DNA of 64,000 nt. It comes from Planctomycetaceae bacterium. Lineage in GTDB: Bacteria; Planctomycetota; Planctomycetia; Pirellulales; UBA1268. Position numbers and translations under genes: made by a program. This document shows positions 29,401-39,800 of this stretch, piece after piece (position 1 is the first letter of the stretch; every line of letters starts with the position of its first letter). Location of the stretch: assembly GCA_947449135.1 (NCBI GenBank), contig CANFQO010000001.1, positions 84,946 through 148,945 on the forward strand. The letters are read 5' to 3'. The notes under the pieces are model-generated. The model saw nothing but the letters and a program-made list of their open reading frames with translations. It searched no databases and was not told the origin of the DNA.

Positions 29401-30598
29401 GGCGGCACGAGCCCAACACTCCAAAGAGCGCGTAGTAGTCGGCCTGGCTGATGGGATCAAACTTGTGGTCGTGGCACCGTGCGCACGACACCGTCAGCCC
29501 GAGAAAGGCCTTGGAAAAAGTGCCGATCTGATCGTCGACAAACCGCACCTTCTCGTCGAGCGCGTCGGTGGGACTGTATCCATGAAACACCATCCGGAAG
29601 TGCGCCGGACCGATCGCCGACTCATTGACCGTGCCGCTGGCATCGTACCTGGGATCCTGGAGCAGGTCGCCCGCCACATGTTCCCGCAGCAGTTGATCGA
29701 ACGGGACGTCGGCATTGATCGCCCGAATCAGATAGTCGCGGTAGTGCGCGGTGCCGACGATCTCCGGATCTCCCTCGGAGCCGTGGGTGTCGGAGTAGCG
29801 AATCCAGTCCATCCAGTGTCGGGCCCACCGCTCACCGAAGTGCGGACTGGCGAGTAGGTGATCGACCAATGCCTCGAAGCCCTGCGGCTCAGCCAGGCGG
29901 GCGGTCCACCGAACGGTTTCGTCGGCCGTCGGTGGCAAACCGGTGAGGACGAAGAACAGCCGTCGCACCAGCGTCTGCGGCGTAGCGTCGGCGGCGGGCT
30001 CCAACCCCTTCTCGCGAAGAGCGGCGAGGATGTGTCGGTCAACGGGATGCTCTGACCAGGTGTTGTTCGGCACATCGGGCGAAGCACCGCCAGCCAGCGG
30101 CTGGAATGACCACCACTGGCGGCGGCGGGCCATGATGGTGTCCCACGATGTGGCCTTCGCCAACTCGTCAGCCGTCGGCGGTGCATCACGCGGATCGGGA
30201 GCGCCCGCGGCGATCCAGGTGGCCACATCGGCCAACGTGGCGGCGTCGAGCTTGCCCGAATCCTTTGGCATCTTGATGCCATCGACCTCATGTCGCAGCA
30301 CGCTCAGCAGCAGACTGGCGGCCGGATCGCCCGCCACGATGGCCGGCCCGGAATCGCCCCCCGTGAGCAGGCCGTCCCGCGAATCGACAGCGAGCCCGCC
30401 GTCAGCGGTCCCCGCCGAGTTGTGGCAGGAGTAGCACCGGTCCACCAGCATCGGACGAATCCGCGACTCGAACAGCTCGAAGTCTTCGGAGGCCGCAGCC
30501 GGTTGTGCTGGTCCCGTCGAGACAGTCGAGATGAACAGAACCGCGAGAGACACTCTCCGGAACATGCATCGAAAGCGTCGGGAAGTGATTGTGGGCAT
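26435..30598 (-). CDS. Planctomycete cytochrome-c / DUF1549 / DUF1553 / C-terminal LamG giant protein
   Basis: CxxCH (DRCYSCHNS), DUF1549-type [12 protein letters not shown] and DUF1553-type [12 protein letters not shown] are present. There is a C-terminal LamG-like block (LVAWVQLSN...[18 protein letters not shown]...). Start chosen at ATG 30598 ([22 protein letters not shown]); the longest ORF begins with GTG 30631. Confidence 0.87.
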   Translation of the reverse strand: MPTITSRRFRCMFRRVSLAVLFISTVSTGPAQPAAASEDFELFESRIRPMLVDRCYSCHNSAGTADGGLAVDSRDGLLTGGDSGPAIVAGDPAASLLLSVLRHEVDGIKMPKDSGKLDAATLADVATWIAAGAPDPRDAPPTADELAKATSWDTIMARRRQWWSFQPLAGGASPDVPNNTWSEHPVDRHILAALREKGLEPAADATPQTLVRRLFFVLTGLPPTADETVRWTARLAEPQGFEALVDHLLASPHFGERWARHWMDWIRYSDTHGSEGDPEIVGTAHYRDYLIRAINADVPFDQLLREHVAGDLLQDPRYDASGTVNESAIGPAHFRMVFHGYSPTDALDEKVRFVDDQIGTFSKAFLGLTVSCARCHDHKFDPISQADYYALFGVLGSCRPGRLEIATPDVQARHQAELAALKPAIRQKIATQWLDSLPALAARMEAADAPWRTAEKASSLMHPLYAAEQARTDGDGAEGKSEAEVVQGQIEAWAAARTQRTGSRETPSLARWQFGAGNGEADDAAKWFRSGSGLKTASDGSTDLQSDAGDFAIAPEGPKAISRVWPASVKTHTLSTKHGGRFTSPTMRLDKEYSLRVLAAGGDGATLRPVIQNYTRLGRIYPLDNLSPEWKWYTYDLDYWTGDDIHVELATSRDMPLPLSNRERSWFSVREAVLVEKQQPAPPSIADEKQAAILDEALATRPQTAADLRACYLRALERSIRAWMDGTASDSQALLLDACVGEELLENTIEKLADALPLIETYRRLEAEIVPAERVPAMEESVGRDQPLLARGDHKKPGDSVPRGFLSVIDATPYRSMNSGRLQLASDLLRQDNPLTRRVIANRIWHHVFGRGLAATPDNLGHLGPTPTHPALLDELARYLETNGWSLKTLIRHIVTSRTWRLDSQANSEASLADPENRLLSHAFVRRLEAESVRDSLLAASGSLDRKMFGSMQPGGGERRSVYVRVARNAIDPLLRVFDFPEPASSVGCRDVTNVPAQALYLLNDKRITELARTWAEQILADGSLATDDDRLQKMFVSALGRSASPEELSRTRQLLASTQQDTSDSASRLASIRAEQAALTSTVSEVFTAARVRVSTATTTGTPVPAPPGPMSRWDFAKGLDDLLGGMAVTLRDGARVDGGSLVLAGTAHAVTAPLSRSLREKTLVAWVQLSNLEQRGGGVMTIQTSGGERFDAIVFGEQVPGEWLAGSDHYLRTKPFGGSPEKEAVSRPVHLAVTYTADGTIRGYRNGMPYGKPYRSESPSPQEFASGETIVSFGVRHLPAQPDRMLSGQIFSAALYDRALGEQDVQADFMATAQGAMTDEQVFESLQPSERQRVVAARTQLEKLQALAASLVEQTGEKAISDPRLAGWTEVGRAIFLLKEFIYLR

Positions 30599-30732
30599 AG
30601 GTCGCTCTACCGTTGGGAGGCCCCAAGCCACCCCATCTTTAATATAATAGCTCCTTTCATCGGCACGGCCCGGGCCCGGCGAATAGTTTCAGCCCCTTGG
30701 GGGGGGTGGAGCGGGGGCGGCAAGCCAGCCGG

Positions 30733-32076
30733 TCAGGCCCGCGCCATGCCCTTGAGCACGTCAGCGGCCGCCGCAATCGTGGCGTCGATGTCGTCGTCGG
30801 TGTGCATGCTTGAAAAGAACAACGCCTCGTACTGGCTGCACGGCAGGTAGATGCCGCGATCGATCATGCCCCAAAAAAATGCCGCGTAGCGGCCTGTATC
30901 GCTCCGGGATGCCGTCTGCCAGCCCATCACCGGCACAGCCTCGTCGCCGCGCTGGAAAAACATTGTCATCATGCTGCCCACACGGGCTATCCAGACCGTC
31001 AGTCCGGCTGCCGCTGCAGCAACGCGGAATCCCGCTTCCAGCGCCGATCCATGCCGCTCGAGCTGGGCGTAGGGCGGGTGATCGCGAAGCTCCAGGAGCG
31101 TAGCGGTGCCGGCCGCCACCGCCAGCGGATTCCCAGAGAGCGTGCCGGCCTGGAACACCTTGCCGGCCGGGAGCACGTGGTCCATCACATCGCCGCGGCC
31201 ACCGTAGGCGCCCAGCGGCAGCCCGCCCCCGACGATCTTGCCGAGCGTGGTCAGGTCGGGCGTGATCCCCAGCAACTGCTGCGCGCCACCGAGCGACAAC
31301 CGAAAACCGGTCATGACCTCGTCAAAGACCAGCAGCGCACCGTGGGCCTGCGTGAGCCGCCGTGCAGTCTCGAGAAATTCACGCGTCGGTGCAACAAGCC
31401 CCATGTTGCCCACCACCGGCTCCATCACGACAGCCGCAATCGTATTGCCCTGAGCGCGAAAGGTGGCTTCGAGTTGGCTGGGCTCGTTGTATTCCAGCAC
31501 GATGGTGTCTTGGGCCGCGCCAGCCGTCACACCCGGCGAATTTGGCACGCCCAGCGTGGCAGCCGAGGAGCCGGCGGCCACGAGCAGGGCATCGGCGTGG
31601 CCATGATAGTTCCCGGCAAATTTGATCAACTTGTCGCGGCCGGTGAAGCCCCTCGCCAGTCGCACCGCGCTCATCGCCGCCTCGGTTCCCGAGCTCACCA
31701 TCCGCACCTTCTCGATGCTCGGCACGGCATCGATGATCAGTTCGGCCAGCCGGCTCTCAGCCTCGGTGGGCGCGCCGTAGCTCGTGCCCGTCTGGAGCGC
31801 CGCTTCGATCGCAGCCACCACCCTGGGGTGGCGATGTCCGAGGATCATTGGCCCCCATGATCCGATGTAATCGAGGTACGTCGTGCCATCGATGTCGGTG
31901 AGCCGCTGTCCATCGGCACGCGCGAAGAAAATCGGTTCGCCGCCGACCCCACCGAACGCCCGCGCCGGTGAATTCACCCCGCCAGGAATAAGCCTGCGGG
32001 CGCGGGCGAATGCGGCCCGGCTCGCGGTGCGGCGGTCGGCGTGAGCCTCATGAGGGAGGGAGCGAGCAGGTGTCAT
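30733..32076 (-). CDS. hemL: Glutamate-1-semialdehyde 2,1-aminomutase
   Basis: Blocks RLIPGGVNSPARAF, YLDYIGSWGPMILGH, LVFDEVMTGFR and TLGKIVGGGLPLGAYGG match HemL. Start at ATG 32076; the longest ORF overlaps the kinase gene. Confidence 0.92.
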   Translation of the reverse strand: MTPARSLPHEAHADRRTASRAAFARARRLIPGGVNSPARAFGGVGGEPIFFARADGQRLTDIDGTTYLDYIGSWGPMILGHRHPRVVAAIEAALQTGTSYGAPTEAESRLAELIIDAVPSIEKVRMVSSGTEAAMSAVRLARGFTGRDKLIKFAGNYHGHADALLVAAGSSAATLGVPNSPGVTAGAAQDTIVLEYNEPSQLEATFRAQGNTIAAVVMEPVVGNMGLVAPTREFLETARRLTQAHGALLVFDEVMTGFRLSLGGAQQLLGITPDLTTLGKIVGGGLPLGAYGGRGDVMDHVLPAGKVFQAGTLSGNPLAVAAGTATLLELRDHPPYAQLERHGSALEAGFRVAAAAAGLTVWIARVGSMMTMFFQRGDEAVPVMGWQTASRSDTGRYAAFFWGMIDRGIYLPCSQYEALFFSSMHTDDDIDATIAAAADVLKGMARA

Positions 32077-32080
32077 GGCT

Positions 32081-34303
32081 TCAGTTGGTTTTAGGTGGGC
32101 TACCGGCGGCTGGATCGGGAACTGTTCCGCCTTGCGACGGAGACGGCTGAGGCTTGTCGCTGCGACCGAGTTCCCGCTTCGCGAACGCCACTGCCTCTGC
32201 TGCGTGGGGACGCTTCGCGTAGACCTCAACCAAGTTTTCAAGGATCGCACGTCGCTGGGAGGCAAACATCTTCCGAGCGTCGTTGTCTTGGGCGATGTCC
32301 GCCCTGGCAGCGAGCGACTGGGCTTCGGCCAAGAGTTCGCCGATCCGCTTGCCGTCGTCACGCTGCTCAGCGAGAGCCTGCGGACGGAGCTGCTCGACCT
32401 TCCGGCGGGTGAGATCGAGCCAGCGTTTTGATTCGTCGTCCGAGGGGTCCGTTCCGTGCACCGCGAGCATCGCCTCCAGCGATTTCACACACGCTGACGG
32501 GCCGTTTTCCTCGTTCGTCATGGCGGCCCGGTATTCGCGTTCGAATGGCGTGAGTTCCTTGTCATTTCGCACGCGTCGGCGGGCCCGCCGCTCGAGAACA
32601 TCCAGTTCGAGCGTCCGCTTGAGTTCGCGAATCTGTTCAGCCCGCGGGTCACTGGCATGCTTGTCGAGAAAAAGGTCGATCTCGCTACGGGCATCACGCA
32701 GGTCGCCGTGTTCGTCGGTGGCGATGGCCATGATCCGATCGTAGACCTGATCGGTTGACAGCGGCTTCATGAGCAGCCAGCCGCCACCAGCCAGAGTGGC
32801 CAAGACGACGGCCGCCGTCAGCCCCTGCCACAAGGCCTGCCAGAACTGCTCACGCCGTTGCTTTGCTGCGGCCGTCTGCTCGAATTCGGCGACTGTCGTG
32901 AATCGATTGCGTTCACTGCGCTCAACCTTCGTCGTTGCCGAGGACAGGTTTGTCGGCAGGCGGGATGAATCAGCCTGAGATGCCGGTGCGGCCATGCGCG
33001 CGACGGCACTGCTGCCCGTGATGTCCTGCGTGATCTCGGTGCTTCCTGCGGGTGATCGGCGGTCACCCGTTGACTGGCGACGGGAGACCTGATCATGAGG
33101 GGTTTGGCTGGGAGACACCTGCGGAGGTGCCTTACCGGGTGTCGCCACGCGGGGGCGCGTCGGCTGGGCGCTCGGGACGGGCAGCGGCTGGGTGGGAGCC
33201 AGCAAATCACAGGCCGGAGGTGCCGCCGGCGATGCGGGAGGAACGGCCCGGGGAGTTTCCTTGCCTGCCACGCCGCCAGCGACTGCCGGACCGATCCCCT
33301 CATTCGGCCGCGTGGGACGGTTGCTGCGTTCATGGGCCGTTGGGCCCAGCGAGGCGTTGCTGCCCGGAGCATCTTTCTCAACAACGGGGCCGCCACTGCT
33401 CTGTGGCAGGGGACGAAGCGTTTCAATCGCGGACAACAGCCGTGCGAGCGCCAGGGCGCTCGCCGGCCGCTGCGCAGGATCCTTGGCGAGCAGGCGGGCG
33501 ATCAGTTCGTCGAGTTCCGCCGGCGTGTCGGGGGCCAGCGACGCCACCCGCGGTGGGATCGCTCGTCGCTGCTTGTCGATCACCTCGGTCAGTTGCGTGC
33601 CACGGAAGGGCGGCGAGCCCGTCAGCATCGCATACATCACGAGCCCCAGAGCGTAGAGATCAACTCGATGATCGACCGGCCGGCCGGCCGCCTGCTCCGG
33701 CGCCATGTATTCGGCAGTGCCCACGACATGGCCCAGGGCCGTATGGCCGACCCCACCAAAGAGCTTTGCGATTCCGAAGTCGGCCAGCTTCACGCTGACT
33801 TTATCGCTGCCACCAGTCGTGGTGTCATTTCCATCTTGAGCGACACGCACCTGGGCTTCGGCGGCACCCAGCGATGGATCGGCAACGAGCAGGTTTGCCG
33901 GCTTCAGATCCCGGTGCACAATGCCCTGGTCGTGTGCCGCCTTCAGCGCCCGGCTGATCTCGATCGCCACGGCAACCGTCTCCCGCCACGTGAACCGGCG
34001 GCCGCCGCGCAGGAGCTGTTCCAGGCTCTGGCCGCGGACCAGTTCCATCGCGAAGAACGGCTGGTCGTCCTGTTCGCCAAACGCGAGCAGGCGGACGATC
34101 CCCGGATGCCGCAGGTTCTTGAGTGCGTCGATCTCCGCTTCAAAGCGCGAGCGTACCCCCTCGTCGTCGGCGAGATGCGACGCCAGCACCTTCACGGCGA
34201 CCAAGTCGCCGGAGGTCGTGTCAACAGCCTCATAGACCGCCCCCATGCCGCCGCGGCCGAGCCGGGACTGGATCGCATAGGGGCCCAATTGGGTCGGGTT
34301 CAT
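32081..34303 (-). CDS. Ser/Thr protein kinase with Pro-rich linker, one TM helix and a C-terminal helical domain
   Basis: Kinase motifs are GRGGMGAVYEA, VAVKVL, HRDLKPANLL, DFGIAK and GTAEYMAPE. A TM helix (LTAAVVLATLAGGGWLL) sits about 240 aa before the C-terminus. Alternative start at 34339. The R/P-rich 5' extension of the longest ORF (to 35185) is antisense to the prpD-like gene and was rejected. Confidence 0.9.
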   Translation of the reverse strand: MNPTQLGPYAIQSRLGRGGMGAVYEAVDTTSGDLVAVKVLASHLADDEGVRSRFEAEIDALKNLRHPGIVRLLAFGEQDDQPFFAMELVRGQSLEQLLRGGRRFTWRETVAVAIEISRALKAAHDQGIVHRDLKPANLLVADPSLGAAEAQVRVAQDGNDTTTGGSDKVSVKLADFGIAKLFGGVGHTALGHVVGTAEYMAPEQAAGRPVDHRVDLYALGLVMYAMLTGSPPFRGTQLTEVIDKQRRAIPPRVASLAPDTPAELDELIARLLAKDPAQRPASALALARLLSAIETLRPLPQSSGGPVVEKDAPGSNASLGPTAHERSNRPTRPNEGIGPAVAGGVAGKETPRAVPPASPAAPPACDLLAPTQPLPVPSAQPTRPRVATPGKAPPQVSPSQTPHDQVSRRQSTGDRRSPAGSTEITQDITGSSAVARMAAPASQADSSRLPTNLSSATTKVERSERNRFTTVAEFEQTAAAKQRREQFWQALWQGLTAAVVLATLAGGGWLLMKPLSTDQVYDRIMAIATDEHGDLRDARSEIDLFLDKHASDPRAEQIRELKRTLELDVLERRARRRVRNDKELTPFEREYRAAMTNEENGPSACVKSLEAMLAVHGTDPSDDESKRWLDLTRRKVEQLRPQALAEQRDDGKRIGELLAEAQSLAARADIAQDNDARKMFASQRRAILENLVEVYAKRPHAAEAVAFAKRELGRSDKPQPSPSQGGTVPDPAAGSPPKTN

Positions 34304-34458
34304 TTCGTTAGTGTAGCCATCCGGGGAGCGAATCGGCATGTGCGGATTTCTGATTTGCGAGCCTGGTGTACAACAGCATCCCGCCATGAGCCCGGGCCCT
34401 GAGCACGCTGCCGGGGCCTCATCAGCACGAACTTCAACCACCTGCGACACCCCTCGCG

Positions 34459-36030
34459 ATGACCACGCCCTCAACGCTCCCCGGGCCTGCTGCCGGGGCC
34501 ACGATCGTTCTGCCGCGGACGGAAAACCAGGCGCTCGGCCTGGCCCGATATTGCGTCGACTTTCTCCGCTCGTCCGGGCGGACAACTGCCGACATCGGTC
34601 AGGCCACGCTCGACCGCGTGGAGCAGTTTCACCTCGACAGCGTCGGCTGCGGCGTTTCGGCCCTGAGCCACCGGGCCAATGCACCAACGGTTCTGCGGCG
34701 GGAGGCGCTCGACACCTCCCCTTCTGCTGGGACTCGGGGGGGCATCTGCCTGGGGGCAGCGCGGCCCGTCGCGGTGGAGAAGGCGGTCGCAGCCAACGCC
34801 TCTGCCGTCCGCGAGTGGGACTCCAACGGCACGAATTTTGGCTATGACGCGGCCAAGGGCCGGACGGCGGGCGAATTCGGGCACAATGACTTCTATCCGG
34901 TGGCGGTTGCCGCTGCCCGCGAGAGCGGCCTCGATGGCGATGCCACGCTCCGCGTGATGGTGCTGATCGACGAGATCCGCGGCCGGCTCGCCGAAGTCTT
35001 CGCGCTGCGAAAATACTCCATCGACCATGTGCACCACGGTGCCGTGGCCTGCGCGGCGGCCTACACGGCGGCGCTGGGAGGAACCGTCGAACAGATCGAG
35101 TCGGCGATCGGGATGATCGTCGCGCATTACGTTCCCTTCCGCGCCATCCGGGCGGGGCATCAGCTTTCCGACAGCAAGGGAGCATCGGCTGCGCTCTCCG
35201 CCGAGGTCGCCGTGATGTGCGGCCGGCGGGCGCTGGCCGGCTTTCTGGGTCCGCGGGACGTCTTTCGCAATCCGCTGGCGATCTATCGGTTGAACGAGCC
35301 GTGCCCCGATGGCCAGAGCCCTTTCGACTTGGAACTTGGCGTCAGCGGCGATGCCTTCGCGATCCACTCCATGCACTTCAAGCTTGGGCTCTACGAACAC
35401 CAGTCGGCGGGCGCCATCCAGGCGATTGTCGATGCGTGCGAGGCTCGGCACGAGGCGTTCCGTGATCTGAACCGCCTCCGTGGAATCCGCGTGAAGATCT
35501 ACGAGCCTGCCTACTCAATCATCGCCGATCCGGCCAAGCGGACGCCCACCACGCGACAGTCGGCCGACCACTCGCTCCCGTTCATCCTCGCGAAGACGCT
35601 GCTCAAGGCACGCGATGCGCTGGCCGCCGGGCAGGCAGCCGGCTGGGAATCACTGATGCTGCTGCCGGAGGATTACTCCGACGACGCCATCGGCGACCGC
35701 GAGGTGCGAAGCCTCATCGATCGCATCAGCATCGAGCATGGAGGCCGAGACTACGATGCCCTCTATCCCGACGGCATCCCGACGAGCGTCGCGATCGAGC
35801 ATGCTACGCTTGGCCTGCTCGGGGGCGGACTCGTGCGGTATCCGCTCGGCCACGCCCGGTCGGATGCGGCCCGCACGGCAGCCGTCGTGGACCTCAAGTT
35901 TGACCGGCTCGTAGCTGGCGCCGTGGACGACCCCCGTCGTCTGCGGGAACGGATCAGGGTGGCCGGACGGAGTCCGCAGGAGATCGCGGAGTTGTATGCG
36001 TTTCCCATTCACGGGTGTGATCCCGGTTGA
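34459..36030 (+). CDS. MmgE/PrpD family protein (2-methylcitrate-dehydratase-like)
   Basis: Length and pattern (…HLDSVGCGVSAL…FGHNDFYPVAVAAA…SADHSLPFILAKTLL…) are typical of the MmgE/PrpD superfamily. No prpB or prpC is nearby, so the substrate is unknown. Confidence 0.75.
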   Translation: MTTPSTLPGPAAGATIVLPRTENQALGLARYCVDFLRSSGRTTADIGQATLDRVEQFHLDSVGCGVSALSHRANAPTVLRREALDTSPSAGTRGGICLGAARPVAVEKAVAANASAVREWDSNGTNFGYDAAKGRTAGEFGHNDFYPVAVAAARESGLDGDATLRVMVLIDEIRGRLAEVFALRKYSIDHVHHGAVACAAAYTAALGGTVEQIESAIGMIVAHYVPFRAIRAGHQLSDSKGASAALSAEVAVMCGRRALAGFLGPRDVFRNPLAIYRLNEPCPDGQSPFDLELGVSGDAFAIHSMHFKLGLYEHQSAGAIQAIVDACEARHEAFRDLNRLRGIRVKIYEPAYSIIADPAKRTPTTRQSADHSLPFILAKTLLKARDALAAGQAAGWESLMLLPEDYSDDAIGDREVRSLIDRISIEHGGRDYDALYPDGIPTSVAIEHATLGLLGGGLVRYPLGHARSDAARTAAVVDLKFDRLVAGAVDDPRRLRERIRVAGRSPQEIAELYAFPIHGCDPG

Positions 36031-36880
36031 CAAGCCTGTGGGTGTGTCGTCGCGTCGCGTCGTCGACGTGGTGGCACGGAACCTCGGCATGAAGTCGGTG
36101 GGCCACGCCGGCACGCTCGATCCGCTCGCCAGCGGCGTCGTGATCGTCTGCGTGGGCCACGCGACCAAACTCGTCGACTACCTGCACGAACTGCCGAAGC
36201 ACTATTCCGCGACGTTTCTCCTGGGACGCTCCAGCCCCTCGGACGATTTTGAGACCCCCATCGAGGAAGAGCCGCAACCGGTCCGCCCATCGTCCAAGGA
36301 GATTGAGGCCGCGGCCGCCGCATTCCGCGGCGACATCCTGCAACGTCCCTGCGACTATTCGGCGGTTCACGTGGATGGCAAGCGGGCCTATCGCCTGGCA
36401 AGAAAGGGACGGCCGGTCGTACTGGAATCGAAGCCGGTGCGGATTGATCGGCTGGAGATCAAGGGCTACGAATGGCCGCGGCTGGCCGTCGAGATCGACT
36501 GCTCCTCGGGCACGTTCGTGCGGGCACTTGGCCGCGATCTGGCGGAGAGCCTCGGTACAAAAGCCGTCATGGAGTCGCTCGTGCGCACGGCCGTAGGACC
36601 GTTTTCATGCGCCGAGAGCATCGCGCTCGATGCGATCACGTCTGATGCGGCGCGGGCCGCGTTGCTACCCGCCGCCGTCGCCGTGGGGCATCTGCCGAGC
36701 ATGGTGCTCCGTGACGACGTGCTCGCCAGCGCTATCCGCGGCGGACTCGTGCCGTTGCCGGAAGGCACGGCCTCTGCCGTGACGGCCCTCGATGACACGG
36801 GCCACCTCATCGGCATCCTCAAGCAACTCGATGCCGGCAGCTATAGGCTGCGACCTAACTTTTTGCCAGGCTCACCTTGA
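35996..36880 (+). CDS. truB: tRNA pseudouridine(55) synthase
   Basis: GVIPVDKPVGVSSRRVV and the catalytic-Asp block GHAGTLDPLASGVVIVCVGHATK match TruB. It overlaps the upstream gene by 35 nt (14 nt if GTG 36017 is used). Confidence 0.9.
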   Translation: MRFPFTGVIPVDKPVGVSSRRVVDVVARNLGMKSVGHAGTLDPLASGVVIVCVGHATKLVDYLHELPKHYSATFLLGRSSPSDDFETPIEEEPQPVRPSSKEIEAAAAAFRGDILQRPCDYSAVHVDGKRAYRLARKGRPVVLESKPVRIDRLEIKGYEWPRLAVEIDCSSGTFVRALGRDLAESLGTKAVMESLVRTAVGPFSCAESIALDAITSDAARAALLPAAVAVGHLPSMVLRDDVLASAIRGGLVPLPEGTASAVTALDDTGHLIGILKQLDAGSYRLRPNFLPGSP

Positions 36881-36895
36881 GTGCGAGGAACGTCA

Positions 36896-39800
36896 TCAGT
36901 GCAGCGTGCCGTTGAGCGAGCCCTTCACGAGGGAGCCATCGGCGGAAGGAAGCTGCCAACTGAGGGCGTAGCAACGGGTCGCGGCGAATCCGGGGACTGT
37001 CAGTGTGATGGTGCGACCGTCGGCTGAGAGGGCGGCACTCTCGATCGCCCGGTCCTGCTCGTCGCGGTGGGGAGATCCATACTCCTGCGTGCGGTCTATC
37101 TCCCAGGTCCGCAGCTGCCAGGCATCCGGCTTCTCGGCTCCATCCGCCAGCGGCGTGGAGAACGTCAGTTCCAAAATCCCGGGAGCGGCATGCAGCGACA
37201 GCGGCAGCCGCAATGGATGGAGCGTGCGGCGCACCCGGAAAAATCCACCGGGCGCCGTGCGGTTGCCCGCCCAGGCGTGCAGGCCGCAGGCGTAGAGCTG
37301 GCCATCGGCTGGAGAAAAGCGGCCCCGCATGATGCCGGTCGGCAGATCGTCCATGGGCAGTGGCACCAGCCCGCCCTGCAGCACCATGCCGCCCGAGCCA
37401 CGCGGATCGATGACTCGCTCGGTCAGCACCAGATGAATGCGTCCCTCGCCGTAGGACAGTTCGAGCAGGTGTCCCGAGAGCGGCTCGAACCGCCCCGACG
37501 GCACCCGGAGCAGTTCGGCAGGCGAACGATCGAAGGCGTTGGTGATCCAGACCGCCGGAGGCTCCATCGCCGAATCGCTGGCGTCGGTGATGCCGTGGAA
37601 GCCGAGCATGTTGCCGTAGAAGCCACCCGCCCGAACATGATTGATTCGGTTCTTGGGATTCCAATGCCCCTCCTGATCGGTCACCCAGAATGTGCCGTCA
37701 TCCTCCACGCAGACGCCGTTGGCAGCCCGGAATCCCTGCGCAACGATCTCCGTCCCGCTGCCATCGGGCGTCACCTTCAGGAGCGTGCCATGGTGGGGCA
37801 CGACGGCAGGCAGGGCGTGGCGGGCACTCTTGGCGTAGTAAACGTTGCCCGCCGCATCGGTCTCCAGGCCCATCGCGAATTCGTGAAAATGCTCGGTGAC
37901 CTGGTGGTCATCGTTGAAGGTGTCGTAGCGGTCGGTCTGGCCGTCACCGTCGAGATCGATCAGCCGCACGATCCGGTCGCGGCAGCCGACATGAACGATG
38001 CCGTTGATGACCTTGATGCCAAGCGGCTGATAGAGACCGGAGGCGATGCGCCGCCAGACGAGACGCCCGTCGGCCGCTGTGAGCCCCTCCACCCGCCAGA
38101 CATCCCCATCCCAGGTGCAGAGCAGGGCGGTGGTTCCGCGTGCGTCCAAAAAATCGAGGCCTGAGAAACGCAGCTGTGCGTTCCAGGGATTCTGAATGGG
38201 ACCTGTGAGCCCATCGACTGCCAGCGGCCCGCTCTCGTCGCCCTTGACCATCTGCGTGGACAACGGCGTGGCCCAGAGACTCTGCGCTGCCCGCCCGATC
38301 AGACTCGAGGGACTCGGTGGAGTCACCAAGGAGACGAGTGAATCCACCGGCGCTTCGGCGGAAGCGAAGGCGACATGGACATCCAGTGGCAGGTCGCCAG
38401 CAGGAACGAGCAGGTCCACAAAGCCATCACGTTCGACCAGTTGTGGTGAGGGGTTTTCACGCTGCTCTCCGACGATGCGGGCAATCGCCGGCAGCATCGC
38501 CAGCCGGGCAGCGAGCGGCTGCGGTCGGGGGCCGAACGAAAACGAACGCAGGGCCACGGTGGGAGTGGTGGCCGGAGCGCCGTCTGCACCCACTCCAATG
38601 GATAGTTGAGGCATGCTGGCCGACTCGAGCACGCGTGTGTTTCCCACCCGATACTCCAGCACAACCTGATCGCCAGCATGGTGCACCGCAAGAAAGCGGG
38701 CATGGGGAAGCGGGCCGTAGGGAAGCCCATCCCTGCCCAACGGTCGAGGATCGGCAAAGCTTCCGGTGGCGGGATCGGCCCAGCCGGGCTGAGTGGCCAG
38801 TTGCACAAGCACGTCGCCTGAGAGCCGCGGATGGGCTCCATGACGGCCGTCGAAGTTGATCCCCGCCCAATCGATGAAGCCACTGCCGGTCCAGATGGCT
38901 GCCGTGCGGAGCGTGTCGAGTTCATGCAGAATCCAGGCCTGCCCGCGGCCCACACCGCCGGGGCCGGCATCGAGCCGCACCGCCAGTCCCTTGCGGGCCA
39001 CGTTGCTGCCGTCGCTGCCGACCTCGAAGCTGCCGGCCAGGAACGGCCCGTAGTCGTGCAGCCGCCAGGTTTCAAGCGACGCCGGCTCTGGTCCGCGGGA
39101 TGTTCCCCGCGGCAGGCCGGCCAGATAGTCAGGGCCGACTTCCGCATAGAGCGAGGGATTTCTTTCCCGGAAGAACGTCTCTCGCAGGTAGTGGATGACG
39201 TCGTACTTCTGGCTCGGCACCATCCAGGTCTGTGCCACCATCTGGCCAGTGCCGCTGGTGAGCGTGCGGTAGAGGCTGTAGGGATCGCTGCCCGCCTTTA
39301 GCCGCGCCTGTGCAAAACGGGGAGCCGTTGGTAATGAGCCCGGGGCATCGAGCGTGCCGTGGCAGTTGGCACAGACTCTTTGATAGATGTCCCCTCCGCG
39401 TTTGAGAGCCGCCCGGGAGATTGAAGGATCGGCCCAGTCGCCGACAAAGGCGGCGTGGTCGATGTCGTTCTCCCAGGCAGCGGGCTGCGCGGCGGCGAAG
39501 AAAGCGGGATCGGGCCGCAGTTCGGCGGCGCGGGACGGACCGCCTTGGGCGATAGCCACCAGATAGGCCACGAGGTCGAGAAACTGCCCCCGGTCAGCCA
39601 ACAGGTTGACCAGCCCCGCCGGCATCAACGACACCGTCGATGGAATGGACGCCTCGATTGAGCCGCGGGGGATCGAAAGCTCCCTTCCGGCGGCTGCGGC
39701 GTCGCGGAGCACCAACTCCTCCGGTGTCTCGCGCATCACGATCCCAGTCAGGCTCATCCCCTCATCGTTGACGATGGTGATGCCGCGGTATTCGGGGCGG

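Noticed and set aside
30661-30690. Palindrome GGCCCGGGCC downstream of hemL as a possible intrinsic terminator
   Set aside because: The palindrome has no loop and is not followed by a T/U tract on the transcribed strand, so it does not support a terminator call.
34304-35185. About 290-aa N-terminal extension of the kinase ORF (MLPCCRKADAPPGWRGRERNARR...)
   Set aside because: It is extremely Arg/Pro-rich and antisense to the convincing PrpD-family gene. The kinase domain begins right after the internal ATG at 34303/34339.
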